Positions 1 through 12,498 of a stretch of DNA of 64,000 nucleotides are shown here, piece after piece. The stretch is taken from positions 1 through 64,000 of IMG/VR virus record IMGVR_UViG_3300046453_000063, one strand, 5' to 3'. Under the pieces are notes generated by a model that ran no database searches, was not told the DNA's origin, and worked only from the letters and a program-made list of their open reading frames with translations. Every line of letters begins with the position of its first letter. The first letter of the stretch is position 1. This DNA is from a virus. A program made the translations under genes and the position numbers.

Positions 1-90
1 TTGCTTGCTGATTTGAAGAAATTACAAGAGGGAGAGGTTATTGAGGGAGCAACATTAATTAGCGACAAGAAGCACATTAAAATTTCATAG
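1..90 (+). CDS. 3' end of a gene, possibly Siphovirus gp157-like (partial)
   Basis: Frame 1 reads LLADLKKLQEGEVIEGATLISDKKHIKIS* (TAG 88-90), resembling the K-x-L-K-x-GE-x-I-x-GA-x-L C-terminus of gp157-family proteins. Confidence 0.45.
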   Translation: MLADLKKLQEGEVIEGATLISDKKHIKIS

Positions 91-171
91 ACAAGCTAGA
101 ATTTTTATCAATTATAAACTATAATATCATTACCGAACATGAACATGAGTGACAACGCTCATAGTCAAGAA

Positions 172-208
172 ATAGACCGTCTCCTTTGACCAGGGCGGTC
201 TATTTTTA
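172..208 (+). terminator. Intrinsic terminator
   Basis: tagaccgtc...ggcggtcta hairpin followed by a T-run. Confidence 0.7.
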
Positions 209-228
209 TGCCAAAAGATATGACGTTT

Positions 229-269
229 AATAAATAAATATATACAAAAATAAATAAACGTGATACAAT
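229..269 (+). promoter_or_regulatory. SigA-type promoter with TAAATAAATATA operator-like repeat
   Basis: TATACA(241-246)-17 bp-TG.TACAAT(264-269), with the repeat overlapping the -35. Confidence 0.6.
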
Positions 270-322
270 GACATTAGATAAGTCGTTATATCACGTTTTA
301 ATTATGAGGAGGGAAAATACAT

Positions 323-3300
323 ATGCGTAAGTGTTGTCATTGTAAGGTCAATGGAGTTGATGAATCAAAACAAACATTTGTTTATCGCTGTAATATGGGA
401 AACAAGTGGGATGCTTGTATTAGACCTGTTTGTGATCAGTGTATGGCAGCGGGTGAATATGTAGTTGAAGACGAGACAACGAGATTATATTTATCTGGCA
501 AGACAGCTCATAAAGAGTCTTCGGCAAAGAGTTGGTGGGAATAACAATCATATAAAAGGTCTAATTTATGAAGAAAAATGGAGGATGAGAAATGCTAATA
601 GATATCGACTTTAAACAATCATTAATTGATGAGTGCAACGTCAGGCTTAAAGAACGCTGTACGGATGACGAGTATCAAAAATATTCAGTTAAAGGAGCAG
701 AGTCTTTTTGTTATCGAATTGATACGGGGATTTACTATACCGGACTTAATTTCAATCATGACATTGAATTATTTTCCGAAACAGAAATAAGCGATAGATG
801 GGATAGTTTTTCTATAGTTAGAAAGAAAGGTGATGGAACTATTGATTGGGATTATTTCAATAAGTGTGCGGAAGCAGGAATAGAAAGTAAAGGTAATTAT
901 GGTGTGTGTGATAATTACGAACAAGTATTTAAACATTATCCTGAACTTCATTCAATAGACCGAAAATTTGTTTTGGGTCTCGCTAAAATAGATAAAAATA
1001 CTCAACCAAAAAGAGATGGTTGGAGATGGGAAAAGTGGGGAGAATACATTGGAACACAAAAGTCTCGGGCTGACTATTTGTATGATGAACCTGAAATTGA
1101 TGTTGTATTCGTTTATCATATTTATGAAATCTGATAAATGGCACGTTTTATCAAAATATTAGGAGGGATATTATGCTTACTACATATCGAGAATTAAAGG
1201 AAGATGAGCGCTGCTACGCACAGCAAAAGTATGGTCATTACTGCAATTATGCAAGATCACTTGGATATGAGCCGATTACATGCACCGCTTTTAAAGGAGT
1301 ACGAAAGCACTACAAAGGAATTAAAGAAATGACATACACTATTCACGGAGGGTTTAAAAATGAAAATAATTAATGTTGACAATTTTGACAGGGATTCGGT
1401 AAGTGACAAATTGGTTTGTGAAAATGTAAGTGAGTACTACGGAGAGATTATTGTCGATTTCTTGAATGACCGACTCTCTAGTGAGCATAGTACGGATTTT
1501 TATAAATTGGTTGATGACGACCATAAATTATATGTGTGGGAACCATAAAAAGGAGATAATATATGAACTTAGCTGAAATCCAAAGATTCATGAAAATTGT
1601 ACAAAACCATTCGCCCAATGTATTTATTAATTCGAATTTTGAATTGATTGTTGAGCCTAAGAATAACATTTATTTTCTTCTGGAAGATGTGAAAACAGAT
1701 TTAGACATTAAGCGAAAAGTACTATCCTGGCTTTCCAGGCCTAGTTGTAAGGGCGTAAGTGAGTATTGGCAGAAGCGAATTAGAGCGATTACTAATGAGT
1801 ATCTAGGAACAGAATTTACCGTAGATGATATGCATGAGATTTATACATACTTGGGGAATGACTGCAACAGGGCAAAGTGCTTGAAGTTTATTGAAACAGG
1901 ATATGACATGGGAGTATTGAAGGAGGAGAGAGATGCCCTACATTAAAAAACGAGATCTCGAACAACTTTTAAAAGCTTATTATATGGCTGGTTGCGTAAC
2001 AGGCTATGGGTTTGATCATGAATTAAGTATAAACGAACAAGAAGAGCAAGCTTTTGATGAGTATCATAAAAGTCAACAAAATATAGAATGAAATGCGTGT
2101 TTTATCAAAACTCAAGGGAGATGATAGTTAACATGAAACAGATCGAGATTAAAATTCCTAAATATGAAAATGTAAAAGTTGGTGATATTGTTCAAATTAA
2201 ATGGGAGACGAGTGATGGAAAACAGTTCGACAACAAGTTAGAAGCGGACACTCATGAATTCTATTATTGTAAAGTTAATCAGCGGGGTCATAATCTGCCT
2301 GTCATGAGAGTGGAGATTTTTGATTTTTCATCTATAGAAGATATCGAAAGATATGAATACGATTATGTTGATCGTGATTATGTTAAGAAATACGATAAGA
2401 CAAAAATGATTTTTCCGAATACATATGTTATGTACCATGAATATGATCCTGATTTTGAGTACCATGATCTTGATGAATATGGATACGGCCAACCAGATAC
2501 TCATGTCTACTTTGTTACGCTAGAAGAGTACAAGAAATTGCTACTTGATGCAATTAATGATTTGAAATGAGGTGAGGCAAAAATAATGTATAAATCACAA
2601 AAAAGTTTGCTGCATACAGAAAACAGAATGACTCTAGTCAAATTTATAGAAGGTATACGCTGCCGTGAATGTTCTCATACTGTAGGTGAAAATCCATACG
2701 AATATGATGGGTTTATCTATTGCGAAGATTGTGGAACGTATTTCAATGAAGAAGAGGAGATACAAAGAATGGCGGAGATTGAAAAGTTAGAAAGACGTTT
2801 GGAAGAATTAAAAAGAACAGGAGTGGTTGAATGAGTTTTGAAACAGGTACATATTTGAAGTCACACTATAAAATTCAATATCATAAAAGATCGGCTTTTG
2901 GAGAATACGAGTCTAAATATATGGACTGGAACAATTATGACGAAGTTATTACTAGATTAAAAACTCTTCAAAACAATCCCAAAATAGAGAAAATCGTTAT
3001 CTTAAAAAGAAGTATATACGATGTGACCGAAGAATTTATTAAAGAGGAGAAATAATGTATGGAAATAATTATGAGTATTAAAGAAAACGGAAAATCTCAT
3101 ATACACATTTATAAAGATGGAAACGGAACGCTTAGTCCTTGGGGTGATTCTAAATTTAATTATAAGAAGCGGAATATGTTTATTAGTGAATATGGGGTCA
3201 GTGGTGAATCAAATGAGCGAAAATTTGCAATCTCTATTAGAGTAGACGGTAGAGACAGTAATGAAGGAGAATACAAGCTTACGCAGATGAACTTTAATGA

Positions 3301-4268
3301 AGATGAGCTACGCAACTTAAGAGACAGCATTGACATTTTACTTAAAGGAGAAACCGAATGACGGATATAGAGCAGTATATTAAGGAGTTAGAAGATGCAG
3401 GAATCATTGATCAAAATGGAGCGCCCATAAAATGCCGTGACTGTGGAACATCTGATTTTGATGAATCCAGCTGGGGAGACATTTACTTAGAAGAAACGAA
3501 AGTGACTTGCAAACACTGTAAGAAAATTGTTGGTCATAGATCATATGGCACATGGCAGATTGTTTAGAGTTCATAAGAGTAATTAAGGTTATTGTTACTA
3601 TATGTCTATTACTAGGACTGATTGAATTTTTACTTTGGGAGGATTATTAAAATGGAAAGATGTAAAATTTGTGGAGGAGATGTTCCACTTGCTCGGAATT
3701 TACTTGTTAGAGTAGATGATAAGTGGGTTACAGGGCATGAAGAATGTGTGTCTCTTTTAATTAAAAGTATTGAAATTAAAGAAAATAAAGATAATGACTC
3801 TACAAAGAAAGTCATTGACGTATTGACTAAAGCATTAGAGCCAACAATAGTTCCGTTTGATTATGAAGATATTGATAATTTTATATTAAAAGGAAACAAA
3901 ATTGAAAACACAATGATTGTAACTTCGTTTCCCGAAATGGATAATTGCCACTATGTCATGACTAAATATGGAGCAATTTCTGTTAGTTACTCGATGTATC
4001 TACCAGAAAAAATGATGATCTTAGTTAATAAAGTAAATTGGAAAGGGTAATCTAAATGTGGCCTTTTAAAAATAAACCAAAACCTGTAAAAGATGTTGTT
4101 AACCAAGGATACATATGTGCAAGAATAGATCCTATTAACACGGTCAATGATTTATCGGTTGGAGAATGGAATCAAAGAGAACTACAGAAATCATTTAATT
4201 CTGGATTGATTAGATACTGTATGCAAAGCGAAGTTGATCAAGCAATAGTGAATGGGAGAGTGAAATAG
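323..4268 (+). other. Cluster of about 14 small hypothetical early phage genes, several with CxxC Zn-finger motifs
   Basis: Tightly packed + strand ORFs of 60-180 aa, most with GGAG(G) RBS (323, 592, 1173, 1360, 1563, 2088/2133, 2586, 2831, 3059, 3358, 3622/3652, 4056). Confidence 0.8.
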
Positions 4269-4512
4269 TGAATAGTGAGAAAATTGACCACTTCATATCA
4301 TTGCTGCAAAAGTGGAAAAATGATGATTTAAATTGGGGTGAGTGTTGCGAACTAAGAGAATTTGGATATCAATACAGTGATGCTATAGATGAATACTGGA
4401 AAGCGTGGGTAAGTGAATAAAAACTTAAATGAAAATTAAACTCCCAGTTATAAATCTACTTCTATTCTGAATAAGATAGAATAGATCTTTTAACTAAAGG
4501 AGGACATACATA

Positions 4513-5208
4513 ATGAGCAAAAAGACTATTTGCATAAGTTGCAACGAGGCAAAGAAAATATCTGACGGAAATGTATGTCAAAATTGTAAGAGAATCGAAA
4601 CCATGAAAAGAATAGAGGAATACTCCAAGATTGATTTGGGGCTTGATTATCTAAACAGGAATGAAGAATATATAAAATGTATTAAAAGAAATACAGAATC
4701 GTTTTCTTTGATTACATATGATCGGGCAAAAGAGTTGGTTTTAGAGGGAAATGCTATTGTACATTCATCTGATTCGATTTATATGATGGTTAGACAGAGA
4801 AAAAAATCGAGGGAAGTGGGATACAGGAAAATCAGAGAAGAAGCTCATCACAGATGTCATTATTGCGGAGGCTATGGAGAAACGGTTGATCATAAAATAC
4901 CCAAATCACAAGGAGGTACAGATTCCAAAACCAATGTGGTCTGCGCCTGTAGAAGTTGTAATCATGCAAAAGGAAATATGCCTTATGAAGAATTTGTTCG
5001 TTTAATTAATAGATATGGGATCGAAAGAATTGAGGAAAATCTAAAGGTTCAAGGTAGATGGAATCTAGAAAAGAAGATTGAGATTTTCGATGTAGCAACA
5101 CTTAACCAGAAGTTTGATGAGGGGCTTAATATTAGTAATCAACAGATTGAAACGAAATTAACTCTAGATGAAATGATTGCTACCGTACTCACAAGAAAAA
5201 AGTATTAG
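4513..5208 (+). CDS. HNH endonuclease (McrA-like)
   Basis: CHYCG...TVDHKIPKSQGG...NVVCACRSCNHAKG HNH motif. Confidence 0.85.
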   Translation: MSKKTICISCNEAKKISDGNVCQNCKRIETMKRIEEYSKIDLGLDYLNRNEEYIKCIKRNTESFSLITYDRAKELVLEGNAIVHSSDSIYMMVRQRKKSREVGYRKIREEAHHRCHYCGGYGETVDHKIPKSQGGTDSKTNVVCACRSCNHAKGNMPYEEFVRLINRYGIERIEENLKVQGRWNLEKKIEIFDVATLNQKFDEGLNISNQQIETKLTLDEMIATVLTRKKY

Positions 5209-5250
5209 TCTTGATGAAATGAACATTTTACAAGAAAGGAAGAAAAGAAA

Positions 5251-7050
5251 ATGCGGAAATGCAATGTCAATGATAAAGTGCAAGTCAAATTAACAAAAAG
5301 AGGACTTAAAGTACTCGATGACCTCTACGAGACTTGCGGTTATATAAAATATTCAGAGCATACAAGCGATACATATAAGTTTGAGTTGTGGGAATTAATG
5401 AATGTATTCGGAGAAAGTTTATTCAATGGAAGTGAGCCATGCTTTGAAAGTAATGAGATAGTCTTTATTTAAGTAAATATAAATATATGGAGGAGTTTAT
5501 AATGAAAAAATATAGAGTTGATACACATTCGTGGAGTGGTGAGGAAGTTAATGATTTGAATATTGCTTTAGGACAATATGAATTGACAAAGGATAGAGAA
5601 ATGGGAGATGGCGTGACTGAGGATTCTTATGTTGAATTAGTTTATAGCGAAGATGACTTCGAGGATTACGAGGTATTAAAAAGAGCTGAAGTTGTCATTG
5701 ATGAGGAAAAAATGAATATCTCAACCCCGAGACAAGAAGGTTACGATTGGGATTATTGGGCTAAATGGAATGAGTTTGATCAAATTAATGAATCAATCAC
5801 CCGATGAAATTGGGCTTTTAAGAAGAAAAGAAGGGAGTAAAGTATAGTGGCAAAAGTAATTGAAACAAATATCTCTTTTGATGATAATGATCAAATCTGG
5901 GATTTTCAATCAAGAGTGATTGAAATTGATAACTGGGAATCATACGTGAGTGAAGTCAAAAATACAGAAACAGTGGTCAGAAATTCGGTTATTGGTGAGA
6001 TGATTGGAAATTCTGTTCCGCGACAATCAAAAGTCGAAAACTTTAAACATGATGATTATCATTTGAGCTGCGATATTTACAATTGTTTTAATGATAAAAC
6101 TAAAAAGTTTGCCTATCTTGCAGAGGAGTAAAAATAATGAAGAAGATAAGTCAATCGATGAAACAATCCAAAGACAACGTATATAACTTTCCACCCAAAA
6201 CAGATTTTGAATTCCGTATACATATGAAGACTAATTCCCAAGGTAATAAAATTATCACCTGCTTTGAATTGCCAAACGGTGAGCAACATGTGCGCAATTA
6301 TGGTGATATTCCAAGCCACAATTTATTGATTCCATTTGAAGGCCAAGAGTTTGAGTATTATCTTGATAATGAATACCAGGGAAAATACAAATTACTTACT
6401 GCAACTCGTGACGCATTTACGTATGATAAAACAGAATAGACACATAAACATCACGATCAATTCAGACCGTCTAATTATAGGCGGTTATTTTGAGTAAATA
6501 AATATAAAGTGCTTGCATTTAATTAATAAATATATTAAAATAATAAGTGAGAAGAAGATACGATTGATGGTAAGCAGCAGGAAAATACATATGGTTTGTG
6601 GAATATTATAATGGTGGAGGAGATGCTTTTGAAATCAAAAAAGTATTCCAGTTTTGATGAAGCCATTCAGGATTTAAAGAAGTCAGGTGAACTGAAGTTC
6701 TTTGGTCGTGAAGGAGTAATGGCTGATGGATATGTATATCAATATTGGAGCAATGGTGTAATGCAAGTGATCGTTGTGTATACAGACGGGAAGCTGGTTG
6801 TAGTTGGATGAATGTAGGTAAAACAATAATTTTGTGTGAGGTGCGGCAAGAGATGAGAGTTCGATTTAATGATAAAATATATTTTTGTACTAAGGCAACA
6901 CATAGAGAGGGTAGTAGTTTGATATTATTTACAAATTCCAATGGAGTTTACTCCGTAGACATTGGCGATGGTGTTAAGGCGGATGAATTATATTTTCAAG
7001 CTTTAACATTAGGATATTGCGATGTATCAAACTACGAGTATTGTAATTAG
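5251..7050 (+). other. Small hypothetical genes (5251, 5487, 5847, 6137, 6596, 6745/6808)
   Basis: ORF track plus RBS; no recognisable motifs. Confidence 0.75.
6464..6541 (+). promoter_or_regulatory. Terminator followed by a SigA promoter with TAAATAAATATA repeats
   Basis: accgtcta-atta-taggcggt plus T-run; TTGCAT(6513-6518)-17 bp-TAAAAT(6536-6541). Confidence 0.6.
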
Positions 7051-7098
7051 ACGAAACAATTCTTTCATTTAAAAAATATAGAAAGGTGAATTTAATTA

Positions 7099-7710
7099 AT
7101 GAAAATATGCAAGTTATGTAATGAAGAGAAAGAGTTAACTGAATTTTATTCTCAAAACAATTATTCCAGAAAAAAAGGGAAATACATTTATTATCATCCC
7201 GAATGTAAGAAATGTACAATTGCGAAGTCATCAAAATGGATTAAAGAAAACCCAGATAGACATTTAGTTTCACAGCTTAAAAGTATGAAAAAGCCAGAAA
7301 ATAGAGAGCGAAGAAAGATTGCTGGACAGAAGTATAGAGACGATGGCTATCTTAATGATTGGTATTATAAAAATAATGAGAAAATAAAAATTTACGCAAA
7401 CAATGGTAAAACAAAAATACATACGATAACAGACGAAGAGTTATTTGAATGCAAAGATTTTTTTGACTGGGCCTGTGCTTATTGCGGAATGAGCGAAGAA
7501 GACCATCGAACAAAGCACAAGAAAAAATTACACCGCGAACACTTTATTGATGATGGACCAAACGATATAACGAACTGTGTTCCTGCATGTGTAAGCTGTA
7601 ATAGCAGCAAAGGAGAAAGAGACTTTTATGAGTGGTACACTGAACACCAAGAGATATATAATGAGGATAGAATTATAAGAATCGAGGAGTGGCTTAGTAA
7701 ATTTAAATGA
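7099..7710 (+). CDS. HNH homing endonuclease with N-terminal Zn finger
   Basis: CKLC...CKKC N-terminus; CAYCG...HREH...NCVPACVSCNSSKG. Confidence 0.85.
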   Translation: MKICKLCNEEKELTEFYSQNNYSRKKGKYIYYHPECKKCTIAKSSKWIKENPDRHLVSQLKSMKKPENRERRKIAGQKYRDDGYLNDWYYKNNEKIKIYANNGKTKIHTITDEELFECKDFFDWACAYCGMSEEDHRTKHKKKLHREHFIDDGPNDITNCVPACVSCNSSKGERDFYEWYTEHQEIYNEDRIIRIEEWLSKFK

Positions 7711-7961
7711 AATTAGCCTTTCGTGGGGAGATGATAAGATGTCATTGCGTGATTATAATGGTCGAGTGATTGGTATGGGAGTAACTGCAAAACCAATTAT
7801 GGGTCATTGGGCAAACAAAGAAGGATTAGTTATAGAGATTGATGACAAGGTGGGTAACATTACTCTAGAGTTTGAGGATAAAGAAATTGGTGTGTATTTT
7901 AATGACAGAATCATTGTTTGTTAAAACCAGATAAAAACAATCTTTCATAAGGAAATGGGGT

Positions 7962-8693
7962 GTGATTATGATAACACATTTCGGGGTTAATATACGCAAT
8001 AGAGAGGGCGAATTAAAATTAACCGCCGACAATTATGTGAGAAAAATTGATAAAGATGATGCCATTTTGTCAGAAGAAGTAAAACTCAAGTTGGATAGTG
8101 TCATGGCACGATTCAATCTTAATATGAACGACTTCAAGTCATTGTCCAGAGACAAATTTAATGAAGAACTAGATAAGTTCGTAAGCTCAAATAAATTTTA
8201 TGAAATTAAAGATCTTAATTCTGTGGCTGGTATTTACGGGCACTATGTTATGGTCTTGGATGAGTATTGTCAAGTTTACATAGGAACTTCTAGTCGTAAC
8301 GATGGCATAAGAGCAAGGATACCTCAACACTGGAGAGAGAAAATATCCTTAGTTCGTCTTGATAGGGAGGAGTATGGTTCTCTACATGTAGATAGCTTTA
8401 GAGCTAAGGATACTACAAGGATATTTGTGTGGCGTGATGATGCGTGTACTTTTTTCGAGGATTACACGTTAAACGAGCTTTGGGAAGGTAGACTGGTTGC
8501 CCAATTTCCTATAGATTATTGCCTTAATTCAGTGATGATGGATATACCAAAAGAGTTTTTCCATCAGAGAATGAGAGATCGGGATTTGAGAGACTTAAGA
8601 GTGTACGGAAAAAGCTGGCGAACGGAGAAGTTAGACCAACTCAATCAAATGACTCCCATGATTACACAGAATCGTGTAACTGATGGCAAATAG
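7962..8693 (+). CDS. GIY-YIG nuclease family protein
   Basis: GHYVMVLDEYCQVYIGTS...R motif. Confidence 0.6.
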   Translation: MIMITHFGVNIRNREGELKLTADNYVRKIDKDDAILSEEVKLKLDSVMARFNLNMNDFKSLSRDKFNEELDKFVSSNKFYEIKDLNSVAGIYGHYVMVLDEYCQVYIGTSSRNDGIRARIPQHWREKISLVRLDREEYGSLHVDSFRAKDTTRIFVWRDDACTFFEDYTLNELWEGRLVAQFPIDYCLNSVMMDIPKEFFHQRMRDRDLRDLRVYGKSWRTEKLDQLNQMTPMITQNRVTDGK

Positions 8694-8717
8694 AGTAAGT
8701 ACGTCTTTAAATCAAAA

Positions 8718-9020
8718 ATGGATTTACTGGAGGATGAGATGGAGAACAAGATATCTTTTCTTGGAAGCGAAAGTAACCTTGGAGAGTTGATTTTAGTGAA
8801 GAAAGGTAGATACTTTGCCGGAATTTCAAAAACTTCACCTGGACGCAAGGCTCTATATAGGACTATGTATGAAGCATGCTTCTACAACTCCTCAAACAAA
8901 GTTGTAGCTTGGCTTGGATCTGAAAAGCCTTGTACTACGATTGTGACAACGCCCAATAAGGCAAGCATGACTAAGTTCTTGCTTGATAGTGGATATACTG
9001 AGTTCGAAATAGGGGTTTGA
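8718..9020 (+). CDS. Hypothetical protein
   Basis: ORF track; RBS ggagg before ATG 8739. Confidence 0.6.
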   Translation: MDLLEDEMENKISFLGSESNLGELILVKKGRYFAGISKTSPGRKALYRTMYEACFYNSSNKVVAWLGSEKPCTTIVTTPNKASMTKFLLDSGYTEFEIGV

Positions 9021-9488
9021 GTAAAAAGAAGAGAACATAATAGACAAAAACAAATAGAGGGATACTCAAAGCATTATTATAGAAATAATCCTGAAAAATT
9101 TAAAGAATATCATATTAATAGATATAATAATAAAAATCATGAGATAGATATTGAAGAGTGGAAAGATTGCTTGAATTATTTTAAATGTGCTTGTGCTTAT
9201 TGTGGGACAACATGGGAAGAACATTTTTCAAAACATAAACAAGATTTACACAAAGAACATGTGGTATTGAACGGGAAGAATAATTTATCTAATTGTGTCC
9301 CAAGTTGCCGAGAGTGTAATAGCGCAAAATCAACATTGAGTTTTAATAATTGGTATAATAAAGACAATCAAATTTATTCTAGAATAAGATACATAAGGAT
9401 ATATGAATGGCTAAGATCAGACTATAAAAAATTCATAAAGCAAAATTTAACCACAAGGAGATTAAAACAATGTCAAATAAAAAACTAA
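9021..9488 (+). pseudogene. 5'-truncated HNH endonuclease, paralog of 7099..7710
   Basis: Frame is open from 9021 with no RBS or start. KNHEIDIEEWKDCLNYFKCACAYCG...HKEH...NCVPSCRECNSAK aligns with the 7099 protein but lacks its N-terminal Zn finger. Confidence 0.7.
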
Positions 9489-9619
9489 GAATCATCCACT
9501 ATCCACAAATCGGAGCAAAACCATTTAAAGTAGAAGTAAGTAATCTACAAGAGGCTAGGCTGCTCTATAACACACTTGCAGACTATGACCTGTATTTTGA
9601 ATATTTAATGGAGGTGTGA
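9470..9619 (+). CDS. Short, probably truncated P22 gp17-like (superinfection-exclusion-annotated) protein
   Basis: aaggag RBS; MSNKKLRIIHYPQIGAKPFKVEVSNLQEARLLYNTLADYDLY resembles the KLRVWHIPQVPMKPF.VEV...ADYD family N-terminus. Confidence 0.5.
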   Translation: MSNKKLRIIHYPQIGAKPFKVEVSNLQEARLLYNTLADYDLYFEYLMEV

Positions 9620-9623
9620 GACC

Positions 9624-10067
9624 TTGTATAAGGTAGAACTGGATTTTGATTGGGTCCCTGTAATTAATGGAGAAAATAGATATCGATATCCAGCAAATCT
9701 TAATACCAGTTTGAACACTTCACATAAAGTCGGCGCTGTGTACAGATGGGTGATTTATGATGAGTTAAATAATATTATCTCTCTTTATATAGGTGAGACA
9801 GATAATGTAGTTCGAAGAATAAAAGGATACTTGAAGCCAGGGCCAAGTCAAATGACAAACATAAGAATGAAGTCACAGTTTGAAAATTACATAAAAATAG
9901 GCTATCAAATACACCTAGAGATCATGAAAATAAATGGGTTCAAGTTGAATGGAAGAGAATATTTGCAAGAAAGTCTGTCTGATCCATGTATTCGCAAACT
10001 AATTGAGAACCTTGTTATCATCGAAGAGAAAAACAAAGGATTCGATCTATTGAATGCGAAAGTTTGA
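9624..10067 (+). CDS. GIY-YIG domain protein
   Basis: GAVYRW...LYIGETDNVVRRI. Confidence 0.65.
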   Translation: MYKVELDFDWVPVINGENRYRYPANLNTSLNTSHKVGAVYRWVIYDELNNIISLYIGETDNVVRRIKGYLKPGPSQMTNIRMKSQFENYIKIGYQIHLEIMKINGFKLNGREYLQESLSDPCIRKLIENLVIIEEKNKGFDLLNAKV

Positions 10068-11214
10068 ATTTGCATTCAAACTTAAAAGGAGAGATTGAGA
10101 TGAAACTAACGATTAGACAGGTTTATGCGACTGTTAATGCCAAGGGAGAGTTTCTTAACTCATACTTAAATGAGGGTAAAGCCAGAGATGTTCTAGCATA
10201 TGAAATTGATCCTAGAGCGGTAGATATAGTTGAAGGATTCTGTGTATTTGATGCTGAAACAAATGTTATTCCCGATGAGGCAAATAGTTTTCATTTCACA
10301 ATTGAGGAAGCTTTGGAAGAGATGAGGTTTTTGAATTCTGATTCATTTAATTTTGATGAGGACGATGAATTATGAAAAAAGATAAATTAGTTGAAGTTAT
10401 CAAAGAGGACCTTTATTTCCTTAATGGTAATTTTGAGGAGTATATTCAATTCCTGTCCGATGAGCTACAAGAGCTACTTCCTCATGTTACCAAAGAAGGA
10501 CTACTTAATCTCAAGAAGACTATAGATGAGGTTAAATCGGGATTATGAAAGTGGCATTTCATTAACTGGGTTTGAGTTTACTATACTATTTAGGGGTACG
10601 ATTTTATGAATAAGCATTCAGCGTGGGAAAGACTGTATCTGGCTGTTGAATCACTAGCAAGTGGAGAGGGCGTTATTTTGTCCCGTTTAGAGAATGTCTA
10701 CATGTCTCACATTCTGGCCTTGAATGAAAATGAATTTCAAGATGAAAGGGCAAAGACATTATTCAAGACAATAATTAAGCCCATTGAAGATGAAAAAATG
10801 AGAAAGGGGCAAATCTTCGATCTTTCAAATGAAGAAGCCAGACAAGTCTCAAAGAACATTGTATCTTTATTTGTTTATTTAAGTGAATCTCAAGACTAAT
10901 TAAAGATATTGCAAATATTCCACAAAAAAGGCGATATAAATTTGGAATATGAGGGTAACAAACACAATTCAAAATTGAGAATGGAGATGTTAGAGATGAT
11001 AAAGAATTATAGTAGCTTTGATAAAAGTTTATTAAGACAGATGAGAGAGTGCGGATTTACTGTAGTTGAGACAGATTTAGATGAGCCGAATAAAAGGAAT
11101 GTTATAGTAAACGGGAGATACAAGTTTAACCTAACTACTTCATGGTTTACTGACCTGGAGACTGGAGAAAAAGATCGGAGCCTTAGTAACTTAAAAAGCA
11201 AACTGGACTGTTAA
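10064..11214 (+). other. Small hypothetical genes (10064/10100, 10372, 10606, 10909)
   Basis: ORF track and RBS. Confidence 0.65.
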
Positions 11215-11271
11215 TGTAAACAGAGTCAAGATGAAACATACATTTCATCTGATTATATTGGAGGGGAAAAT

Positions 11272-11856
11272 ATGAGTTTCGTGTCAATTGTAGCAAGGGA
11301 GAATTTTTTAAATGTAATGAGTGATGGGAGGGTTACCGGGTCAGACCATAAGATTATTGATGAAGAATACCAAAAGTATATGTGTGATAATAATTCATTT
11401 ATAGCTTATGCAGGAACACTTGAGGCATGTGAAATGGTTGTTCGTGACATTAATGAGTTAGTGTTCATTGACAAAGACTATTCCGGTGCAATCAATGTTT
11501 TACTTGAAGTTTTCAAACAAGTTAAGTTGGAAGAAAAGGGCATGAAAGTTATGATGGCATTAGGAGGTCTAAATAAAAATGGGGAGATTGGATTTTATAC
11601 AGTAGATTCGATTAAAAAAGAATCACAGGCATATATACCAAAAGATGATGATATTGCTTACTCATTCCTAAATAACACAGATCATGATGATACTGATTTA
11701 AAATCAAAATTCCGTGAAATTTTAAAAGAAACTGGATTTGACACTCCATCAAAGTCAATACAGGCACAAAGGTTAATGAATAATTTTGTGGCAGATAGAG
11801 ATATATCTGTAAACAAGAAAACTTTTAGAGCAGTCATAAAGACAACTTCTTTATAA
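11272..11856 (+). CDS. Hypothetical protein, possible Ntn-hydrolase/proteasome-beta-like fold
   Basis: MS start, MSDGRV and IAYAG motifs at spacing typical of Ntn-fold proteins (pattern recognition only). Confidence 0.4.
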   Translation: MSFVSIVARENFLNVMSDGRVTGSDHKIIDEEYQKYMCDNNSFIAYAGTLEACEMVVRDINELVFIDKDYSGAINVLLEVFKQVKLEEKGMKVMMALGGLNKNGEIGFYTVDSIKKESQAYIPKDDDIAYSFLNNTDHDDTDLKSKFREILKETGFDTPSKSIQAQRLMNNFVADRDISVNKKTFRAVIKTTSL

Positions 11857-11894
11857 ATTCTTTCTTTCATTAATTTCGGGGAGGGTGTTAATTT

Positions 11895-12446
11895 ATGTTT
11901 TTTAAGAAATGGTTTAAGACAAAAGATGCATTTAAAGAAATACATCAATTTCAAGCAAAAACAGACTTAGAGCGAGAAGTGAAAAGTAAGTATAATGGAC
12001 AACAAGGGATGTATATTGCAAGGAAAAAAGATAGTGATGGAGAAGGTATATTAGTTGTTGCCAATCTTAGTGATATTGTGAAAAATAATCATAGCTTACG
12101 TTTGGATATCTACCCCACCATCAATAATAAGACTTCGTTTTCTTCGGTGCATTATCAAGGTCCAATAAAACAGTTATATGTACACAATGTAATGGCACAA
12201 ATTTATAGAAAAGGACACGGAAGAGTTTTGATACGCTCTTTACGAGAGGTAGCTAAAATCTGCAATGAAATTATTCTGACAAGAGAAAAACATATGCAGA
12301 CACAACTAATTGAACAAATAACAGGAAAAATCGAAGAAGAGAAATCAGTATTAACACATGAAGAACTTATAGAATTTTATCGGAGAGTTGGTTGTCAAAT
12401 TATTGGTGAGCCAGGGGAAGAATCTTTCTTGTTAAAAGTAGATTAA
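11895..12446 (+). CDS. GNAT-like acetyltransferase
   Basis: YRKGHGRVLI (motif A) and LIEFYRRVG (motif B). Confidence 0.5.
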   Translation: MFFKKWFKTKDAFKEIHQFQAKTDLEREVKSKYNGQQGMYIARKKDSDGEGILVVANLSDIVKNNHSLRLDIYPTINNKTSFSSVHYQGPIKQLYVHNVMAQIYRKGHGRVLIRSLREVAKICNEIILTREKHMQTQLIEQITGKIEEEKSVLTHEELIEFYRRVGCQIIGEPGEESFLLKVD

Positions 12447-12498
12447 CCAATTTTAATTACTCTCTCCATCCAACAGGAATATTTTACCGCAAGATACT

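Noticed and set aside
2088-2132. ATG 2088 (and likewise 13391, 31506) as real start codons
   Set aside because: These ATGs lie in or upstream of a dyad or dyad-like sequence and lack an RBS; RBS-supported starts lie downstream
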